Of a stretch of DNA of 32,000 nt, positions 1 to 12,556 are shown one piece after another. The DNA lies in assembly GCF_000016425.1 (NCBI RefSeq), contig NC_009380.1, positions 1,150,144-1,182,143 of the forward strand. The letters are read 5' to 3'. Each line of letters begins with the position of its first letter. The stretch's first letter is position 1. The position numbers and the translations under genes are program-made. This stretch comes from Salinispora tropica CNB-440. Its GTDB lineage: Bacteria; Actinomycetota; Actinomycetes; Mycobacteriales; Micromonosporaceae. The notes under the pieces were generated by a model. It had not been told where the DNA came from and did not search any database. It saw only the letters and a program-made list of their open reading frames with translations.

Positions 1-1145
1 TCCCGCAGAGCGATCAGCAGCTCCGAGATCTCCACCTTGGCAAGGTAGGAACCGATGCAGTAGTGAGGCCCGTGCCCAAACGAGAGGTGCCGGTTGGGTG
101 TACGGCCCAGGTCGAACACCTCCGGCCGATGGAAGACCCGCTCATCGCGGTTGCCGGAGGCATGCCAGAGGGTAACTATGTCGTCCGCCCGGATCCGCAC
201 TCCATGAAGAATGGTGTCCCGCGCTGCCACCCGTCCGAAGTGCATCGAGGGTGAGGCCCAGCGCAGTACCTCGTCCACGGCCTTGTCGATCTCGCATTGA
301 CCATCTTTGAGTCGCCTCCACTGCTGGGGGTGTGCAGCCAGCGTATTCACGCTATCGATCATGGTTAGCCGACTCGTTTCGTCGCCGCCGATGATCAGGC
401 TGTAGCAGTTGAGCACTATGTCGTCGTCCGAAAGGGGCGCTCCGTCGATGCTGCTGTTCACCAGCATGCTCACGACATCCTCGCCGGGGTGGTCGCGCCG
501 GAACTCCATGAGGTCTTGGAAGTAGAGCAGGATCTCGTTGCGTGCCATCGCGGACTCGGTCTCGCTGATGCTTTCGTCGTCGGCGCTCAGCGCCGTCTTC
601 GTCAGACTCAGCAGGAAGGCACGGTCCGCGTCGGGGACCCCCAGCAGGTTGGAGATCGTCATCATCGGAATGCGGCTGGCGATGTCGGACGCGAAGTCGC
701 ACTCACCCTTGGTGACTGCCTCGCGGATCATCTGCCGGGTGTTGGTCCGCACCGCGGCGCAGACTGGCGCGAGTACGCGCGGCCCCAATGCCCGCAACAG
801 CAGCTTGCGCAACTCCGCGTGACGCGGCCCGTCGGTGACCGCCAGCATCCGGCCAGCGCCCGCGTCACCGCCCGCCAGCAACGTCACGAGCACATTCCCG
901 CGCTCTGAGGTGAAGGTGACGTCGTCGCGGTAGACGTCGAGAATGTCTGCGTATCGCGACACCACCCAGAAGCCTCGACGTCCGGCTGTCGGGGGATTCC
1001 AGTGGATCGGCTCCTCGTCGCGCAGCTGTTGCCAGAAACCGGTCAGGTCGTGATTGGCGAAGGTGGCGGGGTCGGCTAGGTCGACGGTGTGGGCCGGCGT
1101 TTGGCTTTCGCCTGAACCCACGCGACCTGTGTCCGCGGCGGTCAC
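1..1145 (-). CDS. salD: Cytochrome P450 monooxygenase; its 3' end lies beyond the left window edge
   Basis: Absent from the ORF track because it runs off the edge. Manual minus-strand translation from GTG 1145 (GTGA overlap with the salC stop) or GTG 1121 gives VGSGESQTPAHTVDLADPATFANHDLTGFWQQLRDEEPIHWNPP... The same frame at about nt 60-150 reads RHLSFGHGPHYCIGSYLAKVEISELL, the haem-thiolate loop FGxGxHxCxG. Confidence 0.9.
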   Translation of the reverse strand, partial: MTAADTGRVGSGESQTPAHTVDLADPATFANHDLTGFWQQLRDEEPIHWNPPTAGRRGFWVVSRYADILDVYRDDVTFTSERGNVLVTLLAGGDAGAGRMLAVTDGPRHAELRKLLLRALGPRVLAPVCAAVRTNTRQMIREAVTKGECDFASDIASRIPMMTISNLLGVPDADRAFLLSLTKTALSADDESISETESAMARNEILLYFQDLMEFRRDHPGEDVVSMLVNSSIDGAPLSDDDIVLNCYSLIIGGDETSRLTMIDSVNTLAAHPQQWRRLKDGQCEIDKAVDEVLRWASPSMHFGRVAARDTILHGVRIRADDIVTLWHASGNRDERVFHRPEVFDLGRTPNRHLSFGHGPHYCIGSYLAKVEISELLIALR

Positions 1146-2931
1146 CAGTCGGTGCGCCAGAACCGTCGGCGCGCGAACGGATAGTTGGGCAACGAAATGC
1201 GGTGGCTGCGTTCGTCGGCGTGCAACACCTCGAAGTTCACGCGTTCCCCCTGCACCCATGCTGCGGCGAGCTCGGTCAGCGCCTGAACGTCGCGCATCTC
1301 GTCCCCGCTGCCGAGAGCGAGTCCGTCTTCGGTGCGCCGAAAACGCGCCAGGTCGGCGCGGCGCTCTTGGCCGAAGCGAGACACCCGACCGCTCTTGCCG
1401 TCGCCCGACAGCACCTCGAGCAGTTCGTCGCGGGTGCTGATGACGGCCGCCCATCGGGATGGCAGCGCCTTACGCCCGAGGTTGAGGCTATAGGCGATGT
1501 CGTCGAGCCGAGCATCGGAATGCTCAGCGAGCCAGGAGGACAGGGCCGCGCGTTGGCGGGAGACCGCGGCGTCGTCGAGCGCCGACAGCGTGACGATCCG
1601 GGGCCGGCGGTTCTCGGGCTCCCGTTCGACCGGACGCGGCGGCTCCTCGAGGACCAGGTGCGCGTTGTACCCGCCGCCGCCGAGCGCGGTGATGCCGGCC
1701 CGTCTGATGCCGCACTCCGGCTGCCAGGCGGCGGGCTCCAGTTGCGGGACGAACGGAGTACGCGGGAAGTCGATTTCTTCGTTGAGCTCGGTCAGGTTGA
1801 TGGTGGGCGGGAGACTGCGGTGGTACAGCGCGAACGCCGCCTTGACCGCGCCGGAGCCACCGGCAACCACGCCGGCGTGCCCGATATTGCCCTTGACCGC
1901 CCCAATCGAGCAGGTGCCGGACTGCTTCCCGAACGCCAGATGGGCGGCGTGCACCTCGAGCGAGTCCGTGATGGGCATGCCGAACCCATTGGCCTCGTAC
2001 ATGGACACCGTTTCGGGCGCCACATCGCCGGCCTGCATCGCACCGGCGATGCAGGCGCTGAGCCGTTCAGGCTGCGCGAGGCCGTACGCCATGGCACTGA
2101 TGCCGTTGTTGTTGATGGCCGTTCCCTTGACCGTTGCATAGATGTGGTCGCGGTCGGCGACGGCCTGTGGCAGTGGCTTGAGTAGGACCACCGCGACTCC
2201 GCTGGCCAGTACCGATCCGGTGCCGTTCGCGTCAAAGGGGCGGCAGTGGCCGTCGCGGGACAGAATTCGACCCTCCTCCCACAGATAGCCGCGGCGCTGG
2301 GGCAGCCGAACCATGACGCCGCCCGCGATCGCCATATCAGTCTGGCCTAGGAGAAGTGACTGGCACGCGAGGTGCACCGCATAGTGAAAGCCCGAGCACA
2401 CGGCGGTCACGGTGACCGCCTCACCGGTCAGGCCGAGGTAGTACAAGACGTTGGAGGTGATCGTGTCCGGTAGCCATGCGTTACTGCGGTCCATCACCTC
2501 CGGGCCGGCCGATACCCAGTCCGGTGGTGAGCTGTAGAGGGCCGCGCTCTGCGGGTTGGTCGAGGCGTAGACGCCCACCTCGCCGCGGACCCGCTCGGGG
2601 TCGTAGCTGGCGTCCTCCATCACCTCCCAGGATGCCTCCAGGAAGACCCGGTGCTCGGGAGTCATCGCCGCCGCCATTCGATCGCTAACACCGAACACGG
2701 CGGGATCGAACTCGTCGTATCCGTCCAGTGCTCCGGTGGCCCGCACGTACGCCGGACTGTTGATGAGCGTCTCGTCCACCTCGATCTCGTCCTTGGCGTA
2801 AAAGGTCACGCCCTCGCGCCCATGGAGAAGGTTGTCCCAGTACTGTTCCTTGTTTCGTGCGCCAGGGAATCTGCACGAGGCGCCGATGATGGCGACGTCT
2901 CCCGGATCGTAGTTCCGCTCAACGGCTTCGC

Positions 2932-2935
<4 letters not shown>
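1142..2935 (-). CDS. salC: Free-standing ketosynthase with a non-canonical active site (SalC-type bicyclising/off-loading KS)
   Basis: 597-aa ORF with a PKS-type KS fold (IIGASCRFPG, TAVCSGFHYAVHLACQSL, GNIGHAGVVAG, GGGGYNAHLVLEE). The first catalytic His motif reads YEANGFGMP instead of EAHGTGT. ATGA overlap with the salB stop at 2932-2935. Confidence 0.95.
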
Positions 2936-4826
<1,891 letters not shown>

Positions 4827-4830
<4 letters not shown>

Positions 4831-7800
4831 GAGACCGCCTGCTTCACCGAGGTCTCCAGCACGAGGTCACTCAGCGGCACATCCGGCCGGTCGATCGCCT
4901 GCAACAGCACGCGGTGGAAGTACTCCAGCAGTGTCGTCACGGTTTCTCTTTCCAGGAACGCGGGTTTGAACTGCACTTGACCGACCACCTCGTCGGCGAC
5001 GTCGCCCATCGTGATTTCGAGATCGAACTTTGCGATGTGCCGCCGGAGAGGCAGCGGGACCAGTGGTAGGGGGCCGGCAGGCCACGCCGCCACGCCAGCA
5101 CCGTGGAACAATGTGTTCGCATAGGTGAACGCGTCACCGGAGAGCCAGTTGACAGCGATGTCGAACAACGGCGTGCGGCCCTGCCGCCGCGGCGGTTTGA
5201 GCGCCGAGACAAGCAGGTCCAGTGGATAGTTCATGTGTTCCAACATCCCGAGCGCGAAGTCGTGGACTTCACGCAGCAACGCGTCGAAGGTGATGTCCGG
5301 ACGGGGCCGGGCGCGGACTGGGATGGTGTTGAGGTAGTACCCCACCGCGGACTCGCGCCCCGCATCACTGCGCTGGGCGACCGCCGTGCCCAGGACGATG
5401 TCCCTCGCCCCGGTTGCCCGGCCCAGGGTGGCCACGAAGCCTGCCATGACAAGGGTGCTGACCGAGACGCCGGCGCGCACGGCGAAGTCCTTCAGTAGGC
5501 GGGTATCGGCAGCGTCCCACCGGAAGCTGGCATCCTCCCCCGCGTAGCTCACCACACCGTCCCGCTCTTTGGCTGGTCGCTTGTCGGCGGTCGCGTCGGG
5601 CGCTGACAGGCGTGGAAGGTCGAGGTGCGCCGGGGGCTGCGCCAACTGTTGCGACCACCAGTGCAGCGCCGCCTCGGCCGCCGGGCTGCCGAGCCATTCG
5701 CGTTCCCATTCGACGAACTCGGTGTACGGTGTCTCGGGTGCCTGGGTGAGCAGCGTTCCGCGCTGTGCCTCGCCGTAGAACTCGCGCAGGTCCCGGACGA
5801 CGATGTCCACCGACGCCGCGTCAGCTGCCACATGGTGGATGACCAGCAGCAGGCAGTTGTCTGCCGCACCGCGGTTGACCAACACCAACCGCAATAGCGG
5901 ACCCTGATCGAGATCGAAGGGCCGGTGGCCGTGCTCGGCGAGGAGGTCGGTCAGTGCCGCGTCATCGAGCCCCGTACCGTCGACCGTGTCGAATTCGTAA
6001 CCGGGATCCGCCTTTATCACCTGGTAGGGGTGGCCGCCGGCTTCGACGAAGACGGTGCGCAGCGCGGGATGTCGCTCCACCACCGCGGCTGCGGCCCGGC
6101 GCAGGGCCGACTCGTCGATCTTATCGGGCACCCGAGCGCCGAACATGAGGTTGTAGGCTGCGCCGTCGAGCGACAGCTGCTGCATGAACCAAATGGCGGC
6201 CTGACCGTGCGCCACCGGCGCAAGCGCAAAGGATTGGGTGCGTTCTAGCGCCGCCCGCAGCTCTTCGCGTGGTTGCGCCGCGGGCGCCTCCGGGGAAACC
6301 GGCTCCAGCAGCCCACGATCGGTCAGTTCCGCGAGCAACTCCTCGGCGTCGGCGTCGGACAGATTGTCCGCAACAGCCGTATTCCGCAGCCGCGGCGGCG
6401 CGTTGTCCTCGCCGCCGGTGGACGCGCGCGCACCGACGAGCTCGGCGATGCGCGCGGTGAGTTCGCCAACCGTCCGGTCCGTGAAGAACTCAAACAGCGA
6501 GACACGATGGCCGAACAGGGTCTGGATTCTGCTGCCCAGCCGCATGGCGAGCATGGAGTCGAGCCCGAAGTCCCGCAGCCGCGTGCCCTCGGCGAGCTCC
6601 TCGACCGGCATGCCCAGAACGTGCGCGATCTCGCCGGTGATGGTGGCTTCCGCTGTCGGGGTGGTGGCGTTCTCATTGTGGAAGCTGGTGGTCGGGCCGG
6701 CGACGGATGCCGCAGCGGGCGTGCGTGGTTGGCGGACGGGCGCGGCGTCCAGCCAGTAGGGGTGCCTCTGCCAGCTCACGAGCGGAGTCTCGACAACCTG
6801 CGCGTCGGACGAGAACAGCGTCTCGAGCGACAGGGGCACGCCATGTACGAACAGCGATGCAGCCGCGTTGAGGAAGCAGCGATTGTCGTCTTCCCCGCGG
6901 CGGATCGAGTCGGCCACGACAACAGAGGCTCCCTGAGCCTGAGCGATCTCCTCGATCGCGCCGCGTAGGGTGCCATGCGGGCTGATCTCAACAAACGTGT
7001 CAATGCCCGCGTCGGCCAGAGCCGCCACCGTCGGCGCGAAGCGCACCTGGTTGCGCAGGTTGTGCGCCCAGTAGTCTGCGTTGACCACGGGATCGACCGC
7101 GCCGTCGAGCGCCGTCGAGTGGAATCTGGCCCAAAATGCACGAGGTTCAATGTTGGTGAGCGCTTCACGCAGCGGTGACAGCAGCGGATCCATACCAGGG
7201 CTGTGACCGGGGCGATCAACGCGTACGGCTCGGCTCGAGATGCCGGCTCGATTTAGTGCGACCTCCAGGGCGCGAATCTCCTCGGGCGGGCCGGAAACCG
7301 CGGAGCTGGTTGGGCTATTGAGCGCCGCGATGGCGACGCGCCCGCCGTACGGGGCGAGGAACGGGATGATCTCTTCGTCTCCGGCTTGGACGGCGATCAT
7401 GGCGGCCTTCGCGGCGCGGTGCTGGATAAGGTGGGAGCGGGCGATGGTGACCCGGGCAGCGTCACGCACCGACAGCCCGCCCGCCACACAGACGGCGGCG
7501 ACCTCGCCGATGCTGTGTCCGACGAATGCCTCCGGCTCGATGCCAAGCTCCATCCAGAGACGGGCCAGTGAGACCTGCAGGGTGAACAGCACCGGCTGCT
7601 GGATATCGGTCGCGTCCAGCCGGGACCGCTCCGCCGGCAGGCTGAGCTCGTCGACTACCGACCATCCGATCAGCTCCCGGAACACCGCGTCGCACTCGTG
7701 CATCGATGCCCGGAAGCCCGCGTGCCAGCCCATCAAGGCACGTCCCATGCCGGCCCAGTGCGTGCCTCCGCCGGAGAACACCAGTGCTACGCGCCGGGCG

Positions 7801-10800
7801 CCGCCGCCAGCGACGGTGCCCTTGACGGCGCCGGGGTACGACCTGCCAGCGGAAATATGCGCCAGGCCGTCGAGTAGATCGTCGCGATCACGCACCACGA
7901 AAGCGATCCGGTGTGGAAGTGGGGTGCGCCGGGTCGCCAGGGTGTACGCCAGGTCCGGCAGCCATGGTGCGGCATTTCGCTCGACATGGTTGGACAGCTC
8001 TCGGCAGGTGTCCCGTAGCGCGTCAGCGGAATGGGCGGTTACGGGCAGCAGGGAAAGGGGCGTCTCCTCGGCCCGCGCCGTCGCGGAACCGATGGCCGCC
8101 TGGGGCTCGGTATGACGCCCGCGTGGTGCGCACAGGAAGGATCCGGCGGCGACCGGTTGACCCACGGTATGCAGTTCACCCAGCGAGGCGAGTAGGCTCC
8201 ACGCCTCGTCCGTCCCTCGTTGAAGCGACGCCAGGCACATGACGGGGCGCCTCGTCGCGCCCTCCCGTTCGCTGTCGAGGCTTGCCCGTACGCCCTTGAG
8301 TAGGACCGGGTGCGGACTGAGCTCCAGTACGACGTCGATGTCGTGCGCCGCCATGGTGTCCAGGGCGGCCGTGAGCCGGCTCTCCTGGCGGACGTTGTCC
8401 GGCCAATAGTCCGGGCCCAGGGATTCGCCGTCGATTTCTTTCCCGGTGACCGTCGAGATCATCGGCAGCTGAGCCGGGCGCGCGACGATGCCGTTGATCT
8501 CCGACCGCAGGGGTGTGAGCACGGGGTCCATCAGCGGCGAGTGGGATGCGTAACCCATGCGTACCCGGTGGGCTGCGATGTCCGCTGCCGCGAACCGGTC
8601 GGTCAGCGCCCGGATCGCGGTGGTATCCCCTGAGACCAGCGTAGAGGCCGGGCCGAGGCGTCCAGCTAGCGTGGGTCGCTCCTCGACCGCTGCTAGGTGC
8701 CCGGCGACAACTTCGGGGACGGCCGCGACGACCAGGCTATCGCCGCGACCCACGGCTAGGCGTTGCACGAGCCGTGCGTGCGTGGCCGCTACCAAGGCCG
8801 CGTCGTCGAGGCTGAGCGCACCCGTGAGGTGGGCGGCTGCGATTTCGCCGACACTCTGGCCGATTACCAGATCGGGCTCCACACCGAGCGAACGCCAGGC
8901 GTCGGCCAGGGCGACCTGGACGCAGAACAGCATCGGCTGGACGATCTCCATGTCGTCGAGCCGGGCGTGCGACTCGTCGTCGAAGAGCCGGTCGAGCACT
9001 GAGAAGCCGAGGATTCGTTCTATCCGCTCAGCCGCCCGCACCAGCGATCGCCGGAACGCGGGCATGCCAGCAACCAGCTGTCGGCACATGCCGAACCACT
9101 GGGAGCCGGTTCCGGAGCAGAGAAACGCGACGCGGGGTCGACGAAGAGCTGTCTCCGCAGTGGACAGGCCGGGTAGGGGCCGGCCCTCGGCGTACGCGTC
9201 CAGCTGCGCCCGCAGCTCGGCTGTGGTACGCGCGGCTGCCGACAGCCGGAAACGGCCGGTGCCCAGCGTGTCGAGCGCCTGCCGGCAGGCCGCAGCCAGG
9301 TCGACTCGGTCCTCCGCGAGAGCGGAGCGCAGCGCAGCCACCTGGTTGGTGAGCTCCTGCGTGGAATCCGCCGCTAGCAGCAATAGGGCGGCCTCAGGCT
9401 GCGCCAGTTCCTCTGTCACCAGGTGGCAGTTCGTCCCGCCGAAGCCAAAGGCGCTGATTCCCGCGCGCCGTAGATCTGACCGGCGATGCCACGTGGTTGT
9501 CGCATCCTGGACGCGCAGGTGACCTTCGGCGAAGGGAACCTGAGGGTTGGGGCGGCTGTAGTGCAGGCTGGCGGGCAGGATGCCGTTACGCATCGCCAGG
9601 GCGACCTTGGCGAGACCGGCGACGCCGGCCGCCGGCTCCAGGTGGCCGATGTTCGTCTTCACCGAACCGATGCGGAGCTCGTTACCTGGTTCGCGATCGC
9701 GACCGAGCACCGTACCGAGGGCCTTGGCCTCGATGGGGTCACCCAGCGGTGTGCCTGTGCCGTGGCACTCCACATAGTCCACGAGCCATGGTGCCAAGCC
9801 GGCCCGGCGGTACGCGGTACGTAGTAGGGTCTCCTGAGCACGTGGGTTCGGGGCGGTGAGCCCGTTGCTCAGGCCATCGTTGTTGACGGCGCTGCCGCGG
9901 ATCAGGCAGTAGACGGGCAGCCCGCGTTCCAGCGCCACGCGCAGGGGCGTCACGACGACGACGGCGGCTCCTTCGCCCCGTACGGTGCCGTCGGCACGGG
10001 CGTCGAAGGTCTTGCACCGGCCGTCCGGCGAGAGAGCGCCTGTCTCGTTCATGGCCAGGTAGTGTGGCCCAAAGATATTGAGAGTGACGCCGCCGGCGAG
10101 GGCGAGCTCGCTCTCGCCCGACCACAATGACTGGCACGCGAGATGGACCGCGACCAGCGAGGATGAGCACGCGGTGTCGATCGCCATGCTGGGGCCCTGC
10201 AGGGCGAGGGCGTATGAGACCCGGTTGGCGATGATGCTGTCGTGCATTCCGGTCGCCGCGTGCGGTCCGATTTCGAACTGCGCTGCCGCCTCGTGCGCCA
10301 GGGCCGAGTAGTCGCACCAGCTGGTGCCCACGAAGACCCCGGTGTCGGTCCCGGCGAGGTTGCCGGGCGCTATGCCGGCATCCTCCAGCGCCTCCCAGGC
10401 GAGCTCCAGCATCAACCGCTGCTGCGGGTCCATCACACGGGCTTCGCGCGGTGAGATCCCGAAGAAGAGAGGGTCGAACAGGTCGATGTCGTCGAGGAAG
10501 CCGCCCCAGCGGAAGGACGTATCGTCGATGTCCGCGTTGCCGAGCAGGTCACGCCGGCGCTGCGGGACCGGCCGTATGGCGTCGTGCCTGTTGACGAGCA
10601 AGCGCCAGAAGGCCGACGGGTCCGCCGCCCCCGGTAGCCGGCAGCCGATCCCCACGAGTGCGAGCGGTTCGGGTGGGGCACCGTCTTCCGGCCGGTGTCG
10701 TGTGGCCGTGCCGCCGGCGGATTCCTCGACTCGTCGTCCGCGCGCCAGTGCGACGGACAGGCCTTCCAGTGTGGGGTGATCCCAGAGGAACGTGATCGGT

Positions 10801-10988
10801 ACGGGCCGGGCGAGAAACTCGGACAGGGCGGCGACGAGTGCCGTCGACTTCAGCGAGTCCAGGCCATACCGATGCAGGGGGGCCCACCGATCCACGGAAT
10901 CCCGGGGGACACCGAGCAGATCCACAAGCCAGGTGAGCAGGAATTCCCTGATCGCGTGGACACCGTGCTCAGCTTGCTCACCAGACAT
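4827..10988 (-). CDS. salA: Hybrid PKS-NRPS megasynthase, domain order ACP-KS-AT-AT-ACP-C
   Basis: 2053-aa ORF. Domains by hand count (approximate). ACP_L nt 10734-10961 (GLDSLKS). KS 9405-10670 (DTACSSS, ECHGTGT, NIGH). AT_L 8274-9137 (GQSVGE, GYASHS). AT1 6939-7796 (GHSIGE, RPGHS). ACP 6429-6656 (GLDSML). C domain 4869-6236 (HHVAAD). No TE domain. GAGGGA sits 5 nt upstream of ATG 10988. Confidence 0.97.
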
Positions 10989-11102
10989 GTGAATCCCTCA
11001 TCGGTGAGAGCCGGCTGGAAGCGTGCTCAGCCGGTCAAGAGGATAGTGGGAACGCTGCTCCGGCTCCCGAAGCTCGACGTGTACCTACTATTCGGCACCC
11101 TC

Positions 11103-11132
11103 GCATCAACAACAAACCCAATTTGTTGATGC
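11103..11132. promoter_or_regulatory. Perfect 10-bp inverted repeat GCATCAACAA-N10-TTGTTGATGC in the salA upstream region; candidate operator
   Basis: Read directly from the sequence. Arms are 11103-11112 and 11123-11132. It lies 115-145 nt upstream of the salA start, inside the most AT-rich stretch of the 382-bp divergent intergenic region. Confidence 0.35.
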
Positions 11133-11370
11133 AATACAGCGCTGAATCTGATGGCAAAGCCGGTCGGCGGCAAGCTCGGCCTGCGGCGGACACTCACCGA
11201 TCGACTGTGAACGTTCAACCACCCGCGGCCTAGAGAACCAGGCTGCATAACCGAGCCCTCCACGATTCCAGGGGATTGACACGACAGTGGGCCGTGAGGG
11301 TTGAATCCTCAATACGGACGCGATGGGGGCGCGTGTTCCGACGATGGACGACGACCGGCAGGAGCTTGAC

Positions 11371-12216
11371 ATGTCTCGTGAAATGTGGCTACGGTTCGAG
11401 ATATACCATGATGTGGTATATGCGCCGGAGGCGAGCCTAGTGGCTAAAGAGCTGGGCTGCCGCGGCGGCTGGATGGGCTACTTCGGAACCCGGTCGGCCC
11501 CGCTTGGTGCGGCGTCACCCGAGGTGGTGACCGCGGCGTTCTTCAATTTCCACCCGCAGATGGTTGCCAAGGCGGTTCCGCAAGTCTGGTCCGTGGCCTC
11601 GCCAGAGCGTTTTCTACAGGCGCGGCTGGAGATCGTCGACGCTGCGCTGCGCCGCATGCTTGGCGCTGATGTGGCCGGGCTCGAGGAGATGGTCACGCTT
11701 GCCGCGTCCGCCGCCGCGGGCGTGTCTCCCGGCGGCCGCGTACTGGGTGCTGCCAACCAGGCGCTTCCACCGCCGGTCGAGCCGCATCTCGCGCTCTGGC
11801 AGTCCTGCTCGACGCTGCGAGAATCGCGTGGTGACGGCCATGTGGCGGCGCTCGTGGCCGCGGGCCTGGCACCGTGCGAGGCGCTGGTCTTGTTCACGGC
11901 CGACAAGGGCCTCGACCCGGCATACATGCGCCGGATGCGCGGATGGTCCGAACAGGAGTGGAAGGAGGCCGAAGCCGCGCTCGTCGATCGTCGTCTGCTC
12001 ACCGGCGGCGGCCTCACCGTAGCCGGGCGGGAGCTTCGTGCGGAAGTCGAACGGTGGACGGACATGGCAGCGGCGGCCCCGTGGCAGGCTCTGGGAGCCG
12101 GTCCCACCGCCAGGCTCCGCGACCTCATGACGCCGGTGGTGCAGCGCCTCAGCGAGCTGAACGAGTCCATGAAGGTAAACCCCATGGCGCTGAATCCGGC
12201 GGAGATTGTGGCGTAG
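11371..12216 (+). CDS. Conserved actinobacterial hypothetical protein of unknown function, with a possible C-terminal HTH-like region
   Basis: The longest ORF starts at 11323. I prefer ATG 11371 (MSREMWLRFEIYHDVVY...) because AGGAG lies 6 nt upstream. Coding-like composition. Motifs GYFGTRSAPLG and LRESRGDGHVAAL recall a family of uncharacterised Streptomyces-type proteins. By the cluster's alphabetical lettering it may be salK, but I am not certain. Confidence 0.7.
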   Translation: MSREMWLRFEIYHDVVYAPEASLVAKELGCRGGWMGYFGTRSAPLGAASPEVVTAAFFNFHPQMVAKAVPQVWSVASPERFLQARLEIVDAALRRMLGADVAGLEEMVTLAASAAAGVSPGGRVLGAANQALPPPVEPHLALWQSCSTLRESRGDGHVAALVAAGLAPCEALVLFTADKGLDPAYMRRMRGWSEQEWKEAEAALVDRRLLTGGGLTVAGRELRAEVERWTDMAAAAPWQALGAGPTARLRDLMTPVVQRLSELNESMKVNPMALNPAEIVA

Positions 12217-12282
12217 GTCGTCCTACGACGTGGTGCCCGATTGATGTCTGGTCGGGCTTGTCTCGCGGATCGCGGGCAGGGT

Positions 12283-12322
12283 GGCCCAGGTCGGGCTGCA
12301 ACGGCCCAGGTCGGGCTGCAAC
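12283..12322 (+). repeat. Perfect 20-bp tandem duplication (GGCCCAGGTCGGGCTGCAAC x2)
   Basis: Read directly: 12283-12302 is identical to 12303-12322. It lies inside the reverse-transcriptase relic, and 20 nt is not a multiple of 3, so it shifts the frame. Confidence 0.9.
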
Positions 12323-12445
12323 TGCACCCGACCAAGGCCCGGATCGGCCACTGTTCGCGGCTGGATCCGGTACTACGGGCCGGTACGCCGCTCGGCGTGG
12401 CCGTCCACTTCTTGCCCACGTCTACGCCTACCTGGCGCGGCAGAG
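12283..12445 (+). pseudogene. Decayed relic of a group-II-intron-like reverse transcriptase (C-terminal region only; frameshifted and internally deleted)
   Basis: Three frames together give AQVGLQLHPTKARIGHC, RGWIRYYG and RYAARRGRPLLAHVYAYLAR. These match the remembered pattern of bacterial RT/maturase ORFs (GLxLHPxKTRIV ... RGWxNYYG ... LLxRINAYLxRW). No intact ORF, no RT domains 1-5. Confidence 0.5.
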
Positions 12446-12477
12446 CCGGGTGACGGGAGAGACGCCCAGATCGGCGA

Positions 12478-12504
12478 GAGCCGGGAGGTGAAATTCCTCC
12501 CGGC
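12478..12504. terminator. GC-rich hairpin H1 (10-bp stem AGCCGGGAGG/CCTCCCGGCT, loop TGAAATT) about 50 nt downstream of the salL stop; one of two related copies
   Basis: Read directly from the sequence. No clear U-tract follows. A near-identical structure with compensatory stem changes occurs at 20937-20969. Confidence 0.4.
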
Positions 12505-12556
12505 TACTCGACCTAGGGACAGGAGCTACCCAGCAGCATGCCGCCCCCTGGGTCAG

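Noticed and set aside
1202-2185. Long ORFs antisense to, or out of frame with, the real genes. Examples: 1202-2185 +, 7240-8115 +, 8557-9522 +, 11478-12419 -, 12281-13417 +, 14406-15254 -, 16044-16955 +, 18228-19244 -, 24098-24847 -, 28312-29559 -, 30607-31509 -.
   Set aside because: Their translations are Arg/Pro/Ala/Gly-rich with no recognisable motifs. This is typical of stop-codon-poor alternative frames in 70% GC DNA. Each is fully overlapped by a gene with clear family signatures.
11276-11306. TTGACA at 11276-11281 as the -35 element of a promoter for the divergent hypothetical gene.
   Set aside because: There is no acceptable TAnnnT -10 at 16-18 nt spacing. The nearest is TTGAAT at 19 nt. 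This cannot be supported without TSS data.
12478-12504. Reading hairpins H1/H2 as group II intron domain V (leading AGC, GAAA-containing loop, adjacent RT relic).
   Set aside because: The stem has no 2-nt bulge, the element is 27-33 nt rather than the canonical 34-nt architecture, and the GAAA is not a closed tetraloop. I see no convincing domain VI or other intron domains, and H2 has no clear RT relic upstream.
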